Virus record (IMG/VR): IMGVR_UViG_3300027983_002388
DNA: 64,000 nt
Source: a virus
Lineage: Duplodnaviria > Caudoviricetes
Direction: 5' to 3' (one strand)
Under the pieces are notes generated by a model. That model was given only the letters and a program-made list of their open reading frames with translations, did not search any database and was not told the origin of the DNA. Below are positions 36,889 through 47,395 of this stretch, in pieces (position 1 is the stretch's first letter; every line of letters starts with the position of its first letter). Position numbers and translations under genes: made by a program.

Positions 36889-37694
36889 AGTGATCCTAAA
36901 TAACTAGCAAGTAGTGCATCACAATATTCTTTTTGGGATGACCAGCCATACTTGTAGCAATCACGATTCCCCAAAAAGTTTGTAACCCAAAAGTCGATGT
37001 CGTTTTCCATGCGATAGCCCCATGCTATTGCAGTTTTCTTTCTTGCGGCAATGCCCCATAATCCTGCCCAACTATCACAGGAGACAACCACATTTGCTCT
37101 GTATATTGTAAAAGCTATTGATTCAAGTATGGACCACTTGCCACAATGGTTTTCAATGTAAGGTATGTATTTATCTTTGACGCAGAGATGAATAGGATCA
37201 TCTTCGGCACCAACCATTATGATTTTGTAGCCTTTGTTAATCAGCGTTTTGAGGCATCTATCCCATACTGGAATATAGTCGTCTAGGTGATCCTTCGGCT
37301 TCATTCTCAAACTGATTGGTTGGAACAGTGCTATCTTGTCTCCAGGGACGTTTGGAATCAGATCGCTTAGGTCTACCCATTCACGAATATCGTTGTAGTC
37401 TCGGCCCGTCATTGGATGTTCTATCGGCACATTGTATTTATTGCTGAATTTGAAAGTATTTTCATTTCCATGTTCCACATCCATTGCCACTTCTTTGATG
37501 AAGTTGGTTCTGCGCCATATCTCATGGACAATTGGACTGCTGGGGATGTTAATCCCATTTGCAATCAAAAAGGGCGTAGTGTGAATGATTGCTTTATCAT
37601 GTCCTCCAATGGACAAAGCAATGTGTTGACGACACAAATTCAAGGCTGTGTCACCAATCGCTCCAGATTCAGCGTAAATATGCAGGTTAGACAT
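36885..37694 (-). CDS. GT9-like glycosyltransferase
   Basis: GAIGDT, IIMVGAEDD, VVSCDSWAGLWG. Confidence 0.6.
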   Translation of the reverse strand: MSNLHIYAESGAIGDTALNLCRQHIALSIGGHDKAIIHTTPFLIANGINIPSSPIVHEIWRRTNFIKEVAMDVEHGNENTFKFSNKYNVPIEHPMTGRDYNDIREWVDLSDLIPNVPGDKIALFQPISLRMKPKDHLDDYIPVWDRCLKTLINKGYKIIMVGAEDDPIHLCVKDKYIPYIENHCGKWSILESIAFTIYRANVVVSCDSWAGLWGIAARKKTAIAWGYRMENDIDFWVTNFLGNRDCYKYGWSSQKEYCDALLASYLGSL

Positions 37695-37708
37695 CACTCT
37701 ACTAGAGT

Positions 37709-38338
37709 ATGAAAAAGACCGATCTTCAGTGGCTTGCTGCCATTATGAACTCCGAATTAGATGCTGGCATGATTAGCGGTCGAACTATATTGGATCGTTT
37801 GCGACTGATTGATGAAGATTCACGCAAGACGGCTCCGTATCTCGATCACCGATATGCACCGTTCTATTATCACCTTGGCAAGCATATCGAGCCTCTATCT
37901 GTAATGGAAATAGGCTTCAGTCTCGGCTTGTTGAGTGCCAGTTTCCTTACATCTTGTAAATCAGCCAAGACATTTTTTGGCTACAAAGAAAATAGTCCAG
38001 ATTTCACGCCTACACGAATTGGCAAAGCAAATATCAACCTCAGATTCAAAGGTGAAGCAAAATTTTACATCGGAAGACTTTACGATCAGGAATTTATCGA
38101 CATATTTTCACCAAATCCGTGGGATTTAGTCATACTTAATGATGAGACAGTCTACGACAAACATTTGGAATATTTGGATGCCGTCTGGCCACAAGTCAGC
38201 GAAAACGGTTTTATAGTTGCCGAATATATTGACCGACACATCCCAGCCAAGGACGCCTTTTTTGCTTTCTGCGAAAGTAAGAATCGAAAGCCAGTGGTTT
38301 TTGAAACAAGGTATGGGACTGGCTTACTTCAAAAATGA
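37709..38338 (+). CDS. Class I SAM methyltransferase-like (Methyltransf_24-like)
   Basis: VMEIGFSLG, WDLVILND, VWPQVSENGFIV. Confidence 0.6.
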   Translation: MKKTDLQWLAAIMNSELDAGMISGRTILDRLRLIDEDSRKTAPYLDHRYAPFYYHLGKHIEPLSVMEIGFSLGLLSASFLTSCKSAKTFFGYKENSPDFTPTRIGKANINLRFKGEAKFYIGRLYDQEFIDIFSPNPWDLVILNDETVYDKHLEYLDAVWPQVSENGFIVAEYIDRHIPAKDAFFAFCESKNRKPVVFETRYGTGLLQK

Positions 38339-38349
38339 AAGGTGATTAA

Positions 38350-39513
38350 ATGAAAATGAATAAGGATGAGTTAAGAGAATATTTGAATAAGGACATCGAA
38401 AGTCTTCGTTCCCTGAATTTCAGTGAGCCGTATATCAAGTCGGTTTCTGAAAATACAAGCAAATGGGCCAATACGGGCCTGTTGGGAGGCATTGGCGATC
38501 CACATATTGGTCGCAATGTGGCGACCTTGCTGGAAAACCAGAGGCTGTTTAATGAACAGTGGCCGGGAAATGGGGCAACCCTGATTCCAGAGGGAGCAGA
38601 AACCGATATTCCAATGGAACATTGGGCTTCTCAATGGAAAAGGGTTAGTATCCCTGTAATGAGGCGTGTATTTGGTGAGAATTTCATTGGACACCACATA
38701 GTGTCTGTGCAGGCCATGAAAAGTGGTCAAGAGAATACTTACTTGATTGGCTTTGATGGTCGCACAATGTCTGGAATGACAGATGCCAACACTCGCCGGT
38801 TATCAGTTCAGTGGGATCATCCGATTTGGAAGCAGACTGAAGACGGTGCTAAATACGCTGAATTTAGAGGACAACAATATCACACGGGACTGGACGCAGA
38901 AGCCGAAGCGACCTCAGTATTTTCTGAGGCTATTTGTGCTGATTTCAGTCGAGAGATTATTCGAGATTTATCCATAAACGCTGGCAAGTCGGCTGTTGTT
39001 GAATACAAGGACGAATCTCATCTTTTATCCATGGTTGAAGGAATGAGTGCATATATTGCTGCCAAATGTTACAACAAAGAGGCAACCTGGGTTGTTACGA
39101 GTCCAACGATTGTGAAGCTGTTGGGAGAATATATCGAACCAGCTACAAATCAGTGGGGCAACATCGTAAATATCATTGCCCAAAGAGAAGGCGTCAACAA
39201 GATCGGGGTGTTGAATAAAAAGTGGCAATTGTTCGAGGACTCTACAGCACCAGCGGGGAATATACTGTTGGGGCTTAAAGATCATCGAAATCATTATTTT
39301 TCGGGATATGTGTTTGCCCCGTTCTTGCCAGTGAAGCCGATTCCTTCGTGGAAGACCGACGAACAAGAACAAGCTGGACACGTTTTGGCCCGCTACGGGA
39401 AGCGGCTCACCAATCCTGGCTTTTATGGCACGATAAAGATTGAGAACTTGCCAGAAGCCACTCCCTTAGAGAAATCGGAAGAGGCCGAAAGCGAGGAACA
39501 ACATGGGATATGA
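38350..39513 (+). CDS. T4 gp23/gp24-like capsid protein paralog
   Basis: KWANTGLL, ATLLENQ, IPVMRR, VSVQAM, EIIRDL, WVVTSP, GYVFAPFLP, VLARYG. Confidence 0.8.
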   Translation: MKMNKDELREYLNKDIESLRSLNFSEPYIKSVSENTSKWANTGLLGGIGDPHIGRNVATLLENQRLFNEQWPGNGATLIPEGAETDIPMEHWASQWKRVSIPVMRRVFGENFIGHHIVSVQAMKSGQENTYLIGFDGRTMSGMTDANTRRLSVQWDHPIWKQTEDGAKYAEFRGQQYHTGLDAEAEATSVFSEAICADFSREIIRDLSINAGKSAVVEYKDESHLLSMVEGMSAYIAAKCYNKEATWVVTSPTIVKLLGEYIEPATNQWGNIVNIIAQREGVNKIGVLNKKWQLFEDSTAPAGNILLGLKDHRNHYFSGYVFAPFLPVKPIPSWKTDEQEQAGHVLARYGKRLTNPGFYGTIKIENLPEATPLEKSEEAESEEQHGI

Positions 39514-40264
39514 AGTAAATTACAAATATCACGAACGAATCGAAGGCGATTACAACAAGGAGGAAACCAAGTCCTTCAAGAAGAAAGTCGGCGATCCATT
39601 CGAGGATGTTTCATTAGAGAAGTTGGCTGGTGCTGTTATGGCCCAGCTTGCTCGACGTGACGTTTGGATTGTCGATGTGGAAGTCTTTGAGTTGTCTAAG
39701 AAGCCAGTGAGCTTCAAAGAGGCCAAAGGCGGGATCATCTTGAAAAACAAGAAGTTCAATTTTGATGGTGGCGGTGAAGACGCATCTACCATCATTGTTC
39801 AGGACATGATCCAAGCACCACCGCCAGTTCAATTGCCTCATCAATATGTACAGCTTGCCAATAATGGTCAGCATATGAATATTCAGGGGCAGGCAGCAAA
39901 CCCCTCTAGGGGAGTGATGCCGCACGAACAGGGGCAACCTCGTCGCCCCATAGACTGGATGGTATTCTCGCCGGAGCTTCCTCAGATGGCGGAAGTGAAG
40001 CAGAAGAACCTCCGATTCACTCCCGAAAAAAAATATCCAGTGTTCGAGAAGCGAGAAGGCGTTGGTGGGGAAGTGTTTGTGATGATCGACGATACCGGAC
40101 GGGAACAACTGGTTTCCGACAAATATTTTGTCCCCGGAAACGTCCAGTTGTTGGCCGATAGAGAGCTTGGTTTCTCTCAAAACCAACAAGAGCGAGAAGG
40201 CGGCAAATTATATTGGGGTGGTGCAAACCAAGAACCCAATATGCCAGAAATCAGACGCCGATAA
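39503..40264 (+). CDS. Hypothetical protein (253 aa)
   Basis: Long ORF followed by a terminator. Confidence 0.8.
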   Translation: MGYEVNYKYHERIEGDYNKEETKSFKKKVGDPFEDVSLEKLAGAVMAQLARRDVWIVDVEVFELSKKPVSFKEAKGGIILKNKKFNFDGGGEDASTIIVQDMIQAPPPVQLPHQYVQLANNGQHMNIQGQAANPSRGVMPHEQGQPRRPIDWMVFSPELPQMAEVKQKNLRFTPEKKYPVFEKREGVGGEVFVMIDDTGREQLVSDKYFVPGNVQLLADRELGFSQNQQEREGGKLYWGGANQEPNMPEIRRR

Positions 40265-40272
40265 ACAAAAAT

Positions 40273-40299
40273 AAAAGCCCGGAGCAATCCGGGCTTTTT
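40273..40299 (+). terminator. Intrinsic terminator (GCAA loop, possibly bidirectional)
   Basis: aaaagcccgga-gcaa-tccgggctttt. Confidence 0.85.
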
Positions 40300-40352
40300 C
40301 TATTTATCGAACTCCATTATCCTCGTATACTTCAAATACCTCGGAGGAAAAT

Positions 40353-40862
40353 ATGGCTAATCAAAAGCAAAAAGAAAAGAAGAAGAAGAATCGTGAACGA
40401 ATTGCCAAGGTACGGGTCATGTATCGACGTGAAGTCTTGCGCAAAGAACGTAAGGTCGAAAAAGAAGAACAGCGTAAGTTTGAAGAAGCTCAAACAATTA
40501 TGCACGGCAAACTGATGCCTGTTATCAGCGATCCAGCATTGCTTGCCCAGCGAGAAGCCGCTCATGCTAAAGCCGTTTCAGACAAGCTGAAACAAAATCT
40601 TCAGATATTGGAGGCGCTTGAGCAGGAATACGAGGCTGAACAAGCTACTCGTGCTGCGATGAATGACAAGCTCGAATCCGAAGGGCATAAGACAATGCGT
40701 GAAAAAATGGACGCATTGCACCAGAAGGCTTTGCACATGACTGGCAAGGCCGAAGCATTGGCTCAAGCGGAGGAAGACTATGCTGCACAGCATACTACAT
40801 TAGAAGAATCTGCTGCACATCAAAATATTGAAGAAGAAATTGTTGTAGAGCCGATTATTTAG
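40353..40862 (+). CDS. Hypothetical charged coiled-coil protein
   Basis: SD GGAGG; K/E/R/Q-rich. Confidence 0.8.
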   Translation: MANQKQKEKKKKNRERIAKVRVMYRREVLRKERKVEKEEQRKFEEAQTIMHGKLMPVISDPALLAQREAAHAKAVSDKLKQNLQILEALEQEYEAEQATRAAMNDKLESEGHKTMREKMDALHQKALHMTGKAEALAQAEEDYAAQHTTLEESAAHQNIEEEIVVEPII

Positions 40863-41009
40863 AAATCTTTTCAGCAAACATAAAAAAAAAACTAAAGCTA
40901 TTGAGTCTTCCGCCGATATAGCTTACAACATCACTCAACGAACGACGAAGACTGTTAACTGTAACTTTCCAAGACGTTCACAACTATCAAAACGACTAAG
41001 GAGCTAACT

Positions 41010-42005
41010 GTGGCAACTGAATTTGAAGGACTTGATTTATCGGAGATGCAACACGAGTACGAGCGGGTCAATGCCGAGCCGGGCGCTTTCGGCGGCGATG
41101 ACTTCCTCGAAAAGTTCGTGCGTCTTCCAGAGCGTGACGGATATACGATCATGCGTATTCTGCCCCGTAAAAAGGGTGGCGGTAAGCATTATTGTGCAAC
41201 CCGTGTTCACACGCTTTCTAACCCTACCACCAAGAAGAAGAGAACCTATCACTGCCCGAAGGTTCTTGTGAAAACGGACAAGGGTGATCGTTGGCAGGGC
41301 GAGTGCATCATCTGTAAGTATTACAGTGATCTCTGGCAGAAGTCCGAGAACCTGAGCGGCAAGGCTCAAGAAGACTTGCAGAATCAGGCACGGGCCATCA
41401 AGCCGGTCGAACGATACTACTACAACGTGATCGTTCGTTCTGATAAAGACTTCAAGACTGGTGAAGTCAAGAAGAATGTCGGACCCAAGATTTACTCTTG
41501 CGGTAAGACAGTTCACGCCAAGATCATGCGGGCTATTGTTGGCGATAAGACCGCTGGCGAAGCAGGTCTTGGTGACATCACTCATCCGATGACTGGTCGT
41601 GACTTCCGAGTTGTGAAAAAGGTCGTCAAGGGTGGTGGCGGTGCTGAATATCCAAACTACGATAACTCGAAGTTTGAAGACGTGGCTCCCGCTGGTTCGC
41701 TGGATGAATTGTCAACTTGGATTGAAAACCTTCATGACGTTCACGCACTTCGGGCGTTGAAGAGTGAAGACGAATTGAAGCACGCTCTCCGTGTCCACTT
41801 GGGCATGGTTAAAGAGGGCGAGTCTCAAGACGACGACTTGAACGAGTTCCGTAACGCTGGTCACACGGCATCTGCCCCTTCGACCGCATCGGAGTCTGTT
41901 CGTGAAGAATTGACCGTTAGCAGCAGCCCCGCCGCTTCTGAAAGCAAGGGTGGAGAAGAAATTCTCGCTGACGACGATTTCATGAAAGAACTCGAAGGTA
42001 TGTAA
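41010..42005 (+). CDS. T4 gp32-like single-stranded DNA-binding protein
   Basis: MRILP, CPK...CIICKY, YYYNVIVR, GRDFRVVK, YPNYDNSKF, acidic tail; SD AAGGAG with GTG start. Confidence 0.85.
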   Translation: MATEFEGLDLSEMQHEYERVNAEPGAFGGDDFLEKFVRLPERDGYTIMRILPRKKGGGKHYCATRVHTLSNPTTKKKRTYHCPKVLVKTDKGDRWQGECIICKYYSDLWQKSENLSGKAQEDLQNQARAIKPVERYYYNVIVRSDKDFKTGEVKKNVGPKIYSCGKTVHAKIMRAIVGDKTAGEAGLGDITHPMTGRDFRVVKKVVKGGGGAEYPNYDNSKFEDVAPAGSLDELSTWIENLHDVHALRALKSEDELKHALRVHLGMVKEGESQDDDLNEFRNAGHTASAPSTASESVREELTVSSSPAASESKGGEEILADDDFMKELEGM

Positions 42006-42021
42006 CCTTCCGTTCCACTGG

Positions 42022-42056
42022 ACCATCCAGGGCGTAAAAACCCTGGATGGTTTTTT
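42022..42056 (+). terminator. Intrinsic terminator
   Basis: accatccaggg-loop-ccctggatggt + T-run. Confidence 0.85.
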
Positions 42057-42107
42057 CTTGAGTTTTCAATTTTAAGAATAGTGCCTTCCACTGGCACAGA
42101 GGTTCAA

Positions 42108-43349
42108 ATGGCAAAGAAGAAAGCTGCTGCGAGCGGTGGTGGTGTTGACGATGATTTTTTCGAGACACTAGCCGAAGAAACAGGCGGTGATGTTCTCGAT
42201 ACAATCGACAGTGTGAAATATTTTGTCGATACCGGCTCACTCGCTATCAATTATATTTGTTCTGGTCAGTTCATTACAGGAGGCATCCCTGGTGGCAAAC
42301 TGACAGAAATTTACGGTCCCAATTCATCTTCCAAGTCATTGCTTGGTGCGAACATATTGTTTGGCACACAACGAGCGAAGGGCATTGCGGTTTTGATGGA
42401 CTGTGAGAACTCTGCAAATAAAGAGTTCATTCAACAAGCCTCTCACTGTAACCTCAAGCGTATTGTGCGTCATACTCCACAATCGTTAGAACAGGTTTTC
42501 ACCAAAATGTACAAGGTGATTGAGAAGGCTCGTGAAAAGATTCCGATGGAAGTTCCCATCGTGATTGTTTACGATTCAATTGGTGTGTCGCCCTCTGAGC
42601 GTGAGTTGAGGGAAGTGGCATTGCCAGAAGAGTATACTGCTGCTGACTTCAAGCGAATTGTTGGTGGGCATGAACAGCCGGGCGAACGTGCTAAGATTTG
42701 TTCTCGTGAGTTCCGCAAACTGAACACCGTGATGGAGAAGAACAACGCTACGGTTGTCATCCTGAACCAGACTCGTGCCAAGATCGGCGGCTATGCCCCT
42801 ATGGGACAGCAGGCGTTAACCACGGCTGGTGGCGGCAACGCACTTCCTTTCTATGCTTCCTGTCGTCTTGAAACGAAGACGCAGATGAAGATCGAAAAGA
42901 AGATCACAGCCAAGAAGAAAAAGATTCTCGGCATCAATGTGAAGCTGAAGAATGTCAAGAACAAGACTCACCGGCCCTTTGTCGAGTCGGAGAACATTCA
43001 GTTGTTGTTCGACAAAGGCATCAACCCCCTCAGCGGTCTGCTAAGTTGTTTGCTGGATGCAGAACGAATTGAGATCAAAGGCGCTGGAAACTTTGTAGTC
43101 AAAGAGCCTTGGGCCGGTGGGTCTGAAATCAAGTTTAAGGCCAGCCTGGAACGCAATGACCTTCCTGCTGAAATCTTGATGCAATGTCCAGGTTTGATCG
43201 ACGCCATTTCAGCGGAACAGATCAAGGATTACCTGGAGCCATTTCAAGAGTCTATCAATTTCCGACCTGAAGACAACGCCGACATTGAATTGAACGATGT
43301 ATTGAGCGATGATGACGACGAGGATATTGATGGGGAACTGGAAGGTTAA
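42108..43349 (+). CDS. recA: RecA/UvsX recombinase
   Basis: DTGSLAIN, GGIPGGKLTEIYGPNSSSKS, VYDSI, ILNQTR, GGGNALPFYAS. Confidence 0.92.
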   Translation: MAKKKAAASGGGVDDDFFETLAEETGGDVLDTIDSVKYFVDTGSLAINYICSGQFITGGIPGGKLTEIYGPNSSSKSLLGANILFGTQRAKGIAVLMDCENSANKEFIQQASHCNLKRIVRHTPQSLEQVFTKMYKVIEKAREKIPMEVPIVIVYDSIGVSPSERELREVALPEEYTAADFKRIVGGHEQPGERAKICSREFRKLNTVMEKNNATVVILNQTRAKIGGYAPMGQQALTTAGGGNALPFYASCRLETKTQMKIEKKITAKKKKILGINVKLKNVKNKTHRPFVESENIQLLFDKGINPLSGLLSCLLDAERIEIKGAGNFVVKEPWAGGSEIKFKASLERNDLPAEILMQCPGLIDAISAEQIKDYLEPFQESINFRPEDNADIELNDVLSDDDDEDIDGELEG

Positions 43350-44398
43350 GATTCGATAAGAGCCGCCGTAAACGGGCCGGTTTTAAGCTGGTGATGTCGG
43401 TGATTGTAGATTGTGACATCATTTGATCCACTGGTAGCTTCAAAAACTATCAGTGGATAATTTTGCGCCATGTCTTCCAAATAAAAAGTCAATTTGCCAT
43501 CACTGGTCGCAGACCATAGGCCGATTGACTTTTTATGATTGTTGTGAATGAATATTTCTTCAATGATATTATTTGGACTAAGAGTTATCCACTTTTTATG
43601 GTCTGGACAAGACCAAATTAGAGACATATCTTTGTAAGTTGATTCTTGTTCTGGAGTCATAGACTCCAGCCAGTTCATTACGCAAGGGTTTTTATCTCTA
43701 GCGACCCAATGGATGTGATTGAAGTGTCCGTGAAGTTCTGAAAATTTAGTAAGCTCTGGACGCACAGTAAGAAACTTGACAGTTGTTGGATGGATTTTTT
43801 CCATGCGAGCGCAGAAGCACAATCCGTGATCCCCATATCCTTCAGGTATTTGTTTTCTTAATTTGAAATACTGTTTAGCTTTTTCATTGTTTAGAATTCG
43901 TTTCATTGCCGCATTGCTTGTCACGGACATCTCGTATTCGTGTGGCGGTGTGTCTTCAGGAAAACGATACCAATGATTAAACCCTAATTTTTCCAGCATA
44001 TGTCTTTCGACAGGTTGGACATCCCAATTTAATTCGCCAGTAAGATGATATTCTCTTTCGTGGTCAAAGAACAACTCAAGGTTTTTCATTAGTCCACTAA
44101 TGTCATTCATGCTGTCTTCATCGACCCGATAGTACCATTTAGCTGTATCAGGCTTTGCTATTGCGTCGTAGTAATGGTGGATTCTTTGGGCGACGTGTTT
44201 GTAAGGTGTGAGGACAATTTCTACATCGACTCCATCTGGCCAACCACCTTCAAACACTTTTACGTCATTATTATGGGCAGCAGCCAAAACGAGTTTGACT
44301 TTGTAATTGCCAATATTTCTGATTCCCCATTTCTTGAAATCCACAAATCGTTGAACCAATTCGCTTTCAGCAGGAACGAGCATTTCGATATCGTACAT
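43346..44398 (-). CDS. Putative GT-A glycosyltransferase (fringe/GT31-like)
   Basis: KWYYRVDEDS (DxD-like), GYGDHGLCFC. Confidence 0.45.
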   Translation of the reverse strand: MYDIEMLVPAESELVQRFVDFKKWGIRNIGNYKVKLVLAAAHNNDVKVFEGGWPDGVDVEIVLTPYKHVAQRIHHYYDAIAKPDTAKWYYRVDEDSMNDISGLMKNLELFFDHEREYHLTGELNWDVQPVERHMLEKLGFNHWYRFPEDTPPHEYEMSVTSNAAMKRILNNEKAKQYFKLRKQIPEGYGDHGLCFCARMEKIHPTTVKFLTVRPELTKFSELHGHFNHIHWVARDKNPCVMNWLESMTPEQESTYKDMSLIWSCPDHKKWITLSPNNIIEEIFIHNNHKKSIGLWSATSDGKLTFYLEDMAQNYPLIVFEATSGSNDVTIYNHRHHQLKTGPFTAALIES

Positions 44399-44860
44399 TT
44401 AATTTACCTTATATTGTCCTGCGCCTAATTTCAAGAATTTGAACCCTTCTTTTTCGAGTTCAGATTTCACACGACGCACATGATTACAGAGTGCAGCGTC
44501 GGTCAATTTATATCGTTTGAATTTCTTTTTCAATTCTTTGAGCGACACGGTGTTCCGATTTTGGAATTGCTCATTAACGTACTTCTTTACCTTGTCGGCA
44601 ACACGCAGTATTTCAGCACGAGATCGTCCTTCTGTGGACATTTTCGTTTCGATTATTTCGTATTGTACGTTTGATTTTTTGTAGCCCGGATCGCAGATCG
44701 CCGGGGCAAGTTCTTCAAGCTCTAAAACAGAGCCTTCTTCCAATTTGACTATTGAGATTTCGGCACTGAATGCTTTGGAAAACTCAATGAGTTGAATGAA
44801 ATTCTTTTCGTGGGTGAAGAACTTTCGTTTGTCCTTCGTTTCGATGAGTAGGCACTTCAT
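44399..44860 (-). CDS. Hypothetical protein, possible C-terminal winged HTH
   Basis: Basic C-terminus VSLKELKKKF...ALCNHVRRVKSEL. Confidence 0.6.
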   Translation of the reverse strand: MKCLLIETKDKRKFFTHEKNFIQLIEFSKAFSAEISIVKLEEGSVLELEELAPAICDPGYKKSNVQYEIIETKMSTEGRSRAEILRVADKVKKYVNEQFQNRNTVSLKELKKKFKRYKLTDAALCNHVRRVKSELEKEGFKFLKLGAGQYKVN

Positions 44861-44949
44861 AAAAAACTCCTTGTAGTTAAATTATATCTCCGACTCAGCA
44901 ATCCTGGTGTTTGGATAATATAATTATCGTATAATTGAGGATAAAGCGC

Positions 44950-45981
44950 ATGAACTCACCCAAAGAAACATTGAATTTGAACTACTTTCGCAGGTTCGGC
45001 GTCGAGATTGAGATTAACTCTTTCGATGGCCGCAACCGACCCATTGGTCACGAGGACGGTATTCTGCCAGAAGGCATTCAATACATAGGAAACCTTGTTC
45101 AGAAGCTCTCTGAAGAGAAGGTTTTAATCCGCAAGTGGGGTAACGACCACCATAATGATGTGTGGATAGTTAAGCCAGATGGAAGTTGTGGTATAGAGGT
45201 CTGTACGCCCGTAATGAAGGGATGGAATGGGGTGGTGCGTACTTGCAAGGTCATTGATGGCTTTAGCAAAGACCTAAAAATAGTATCAGATACCCGTTGT
45301 TCATTTCATATCCACGTTGATGTTTCGGACCTAACAGAACCTCAGTTGGCCAGTGTCATTTCCTGGTGGATCAAATGCGAACCCGTTTTTTTAGACTCGG
45401 TTCCTGCCCGCAGAAAGAAAAATCAATATTGCCAGTTCCTTGGTGAAATGGATATATTTGATGATATTGAAGATGGTCTGATGCCTGCCGAACTTTTGCT
45501 GAAAAAGGTGGGGCATTGCAAGTATTACACCATCAACACTTTCCACTATCAGAACAAAAAGAGAAAGACCATTGAATTCCGCATCATGGACAATGCGTGT
45601 TGTTTGGACCCGTGGATGGCAAAGAATTGGATCAGGATGGTTTTGCACTTTGTTGAGCGGGCTGCGTCACGAGGGTTGCCAGCCCCATTTGAGATGGGCA
45701 ATAAATGGTCAGGCTATTGTTGGCTCGATCCTTTTGATGTGTTTGATTTTCTGGGATTCACACCCGGTCAATATGAAATATCTCCAGGTTTGCGACAAGT
45801 TCGATCCTGGTTTGTTTCCAGATTACATTCTCAATCAAAAAACACGGGGTTGAGGGGAGTGATGAGCGATAAAGGTCGCAGAGTATCTCATGGTCAAATT
45901 GACCAATTGTATGCTCTTTTTGCTCCACAAGAATCGGCTGTTTCGGAAGATGAGATATACAGTGAGAACTTTCGTATTTAG
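44950..45981 (+). CDS. Putative amidoligase (COOH-NH2 ligase, Amidoligase_2-like)
   Basis: FGVEIEI, KPDGSC, IEVCTP, CSFHIHVD, TIEFR. Confidence 0.8.
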   Translation: MNSPKETLNLNYFRRFGVEIEINSFDGRNRPIGHEDGILPEGIQYIGNLVQKLSEEKVLIRKWGNDHHNDVWIVKPDGSCGIEVCTPVMKGWNGVVRTCKVIDGFSKDLKIVSDTRCSFHIHVDVSDLTEPQLASVISWWIKCEPVFLDSVPARRKKNQYCQFLGEMDIFDDIEDGLMPAELLLKKVGHCKYYTINTFHYQNKKRKTIEFRIMDNACCLDPWMAKNWIRMVLHFVERAASRGLPAPFEMGNKWSGYCWLDPFDVFDFLGFTPGQYEISPGLRQVRSWFVSRLHSQSKNTGLRGVMSDKGRRVSHGQIDQLYALFAPQESAVSEDEIYSENFRI

Positions 45982-46024
45982 CGAATATATAAGGCAGGGA
46001 ATTCCCTGAACGAAGGTTTGCTAT

Positions 46025-46489
46025 ATGTTCTACAAGGAATCAAAACTCGAAGATATTATCGAAGGCATGAGGGCCTTGGGCGATATGTTAATTCCATATA
46101 ACTTCCCGAAAGCACCGCCGCCCACAATGGAGGATGATTTGGCCATTTTCAAACAACGAGAAGCCATTATTGACGGTTATCCCATCATGCTTCACTATCA
46201 AAAAGCTGATTACGATAAACATCTAATGGAAACTCTCCAGATTTACGGCAAGAGCAGTCCCTTTTTACCCTTCAACTTGATCTGCAATTTGGCGAAGAGG
46301 TTTTTGGGTCCGCATCATTTATCGTTGGTGGAGATATTCAAGGACAATCGAAAAATATATATTTGGTCTGCATGTGTTGATCGTCGAGGTCGTCCGATTC
46401 CTACTCCATTTGAAATGGAAACTGAGGAGTGTGAATTTGAAGGCTTGGATTATTTGTATATGCAACCTAGTCAGGTGAACTTTTACTAA
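46025..46489 (+). CDS. Hypothetical protein (154 aa)
   Basis: ORF downstream of an AATATATAA box. Confidence 0.75.
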   Translation: MFYKESKLEDIIEGMRALGDMLIPYNFPKAPPPTMEDDLAIFKQREAIIDGYPIMLHYQKADYDKHLMETLQIYGKSSPFLPFNLICNLAKRFLGPHHLSLVEIFKDNRKIYIWSACVDRRGRPIPTPFEMETEECEFEGLDYLYMQPSQVNFY

Positions 46490-47395
46490 ATGTATAAACT
46501 ATTGCTGATCGGTTGTTTCACCCCTTGGCGAACATACACGAGTTGCGAATTTTTTAGTAAAGAATTGTCCGATAGATTTTCTAAATTGCCCCATGTGCAG
46601 TTTTTCACTCAGCATTTTACTGAGACGACTTGTCCAGAAGTAGATGTTGTTTTAGTTCATTCTTACACTGGTTTTCCGCCAGTGGCAAACATCCCTCACT
46701 TCAAGAAAAATGCCAAGAAGGTTGTTTACTTCATGGAGCAAGGGATCGAAGCTCCAGGCTTCGATCATTACTACTATTACGACCGATATTTTAAGACTAA
46801 GAATAAGGCTCCAGGAACCTTCATTAAGATTCCATTGGTCAAGAAATACTATGGTGATAGTTTTTTACCAAAAGAGCCAGGGTCAATTCTTTTAGATCAT
46901 GACTACCAGCAATTTAGAGACTACAAACATCCGGGTTGGGATTGGAATGAAAGGTTGTGGGATTTTTTCTTGAAGCATCAAGATCGCTACGGTCAAATAT
47001 ATCAACTGGAGCGTGGCGACGTGGTTCGACCTAGCTTCATTAAAACAATTCCCATGAAGGATGCTCAAGAATATTTGGATTCAACAGCTAAGTTTGAAAC
47101 TTTCATCTCAACTCATGCGGGAAGTTACAATCACACATTGGTTGATATGGCAGTCAGAGGTTCCCGCATCATTGTCCCTTGGAGTCCACTCACACATCAA
47201 AAATATTTCGTTCCAGAATGTTTAATTTCTGATTTAGATATGACTGTCATTCGTGACGTGGATGAATTAACTACAGCGTTAAACGTCAAGTCGGTCTGCG
47301 AGTCTAAATTGGATAGAGCCACTGACTTAGATGAAGTGGTCACTCTCATGGATAGGGACTTCAAATCGTGGACCAAGAGAATCATCTTGTCTTAA
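46490..47395 (+). CDS. Putative GT-B glycosyltransferase-like protein
   Basis: THAGSYNHTLVDMAVRGSRIIVP resembles the GT-B donor-binding segment. Confidence 0.5.
   Translation: MYKLLLIGCFTPWRTYTSCEFFSKELSDRFSKLPHVQFFTQHFTETTCPEVDVVLVHSYTGFPPVANIPHFKKNAKKVVYFMEQGIEAPGFDHYYYYDRYFKTKNKAPGTFIKIPLVKKYYGDSFLPKEPGSILLDHDYQQFRDYKHPGWDWNERLWDFFLKHQDRYGQIYQLERGDVVRPSFIKTIPMKDAQEYLDSTAKFETFISTHAGSYNHTLVDMAVRGSRIIVPWSPLTHQKYFVPECLISDLDMTVIRDVDELTTALNVKSVCESKLDRATDLDEVVTLMDRDFKSWTKRIILS

Noticed and set aside
41037-41585. 182-aa antisense ORF and similar long antisense ORFs (4762-5223, 39614-40189, 59938-60357)
   Set aside because: They lie opposite well-supported genes and show no motifs or SD
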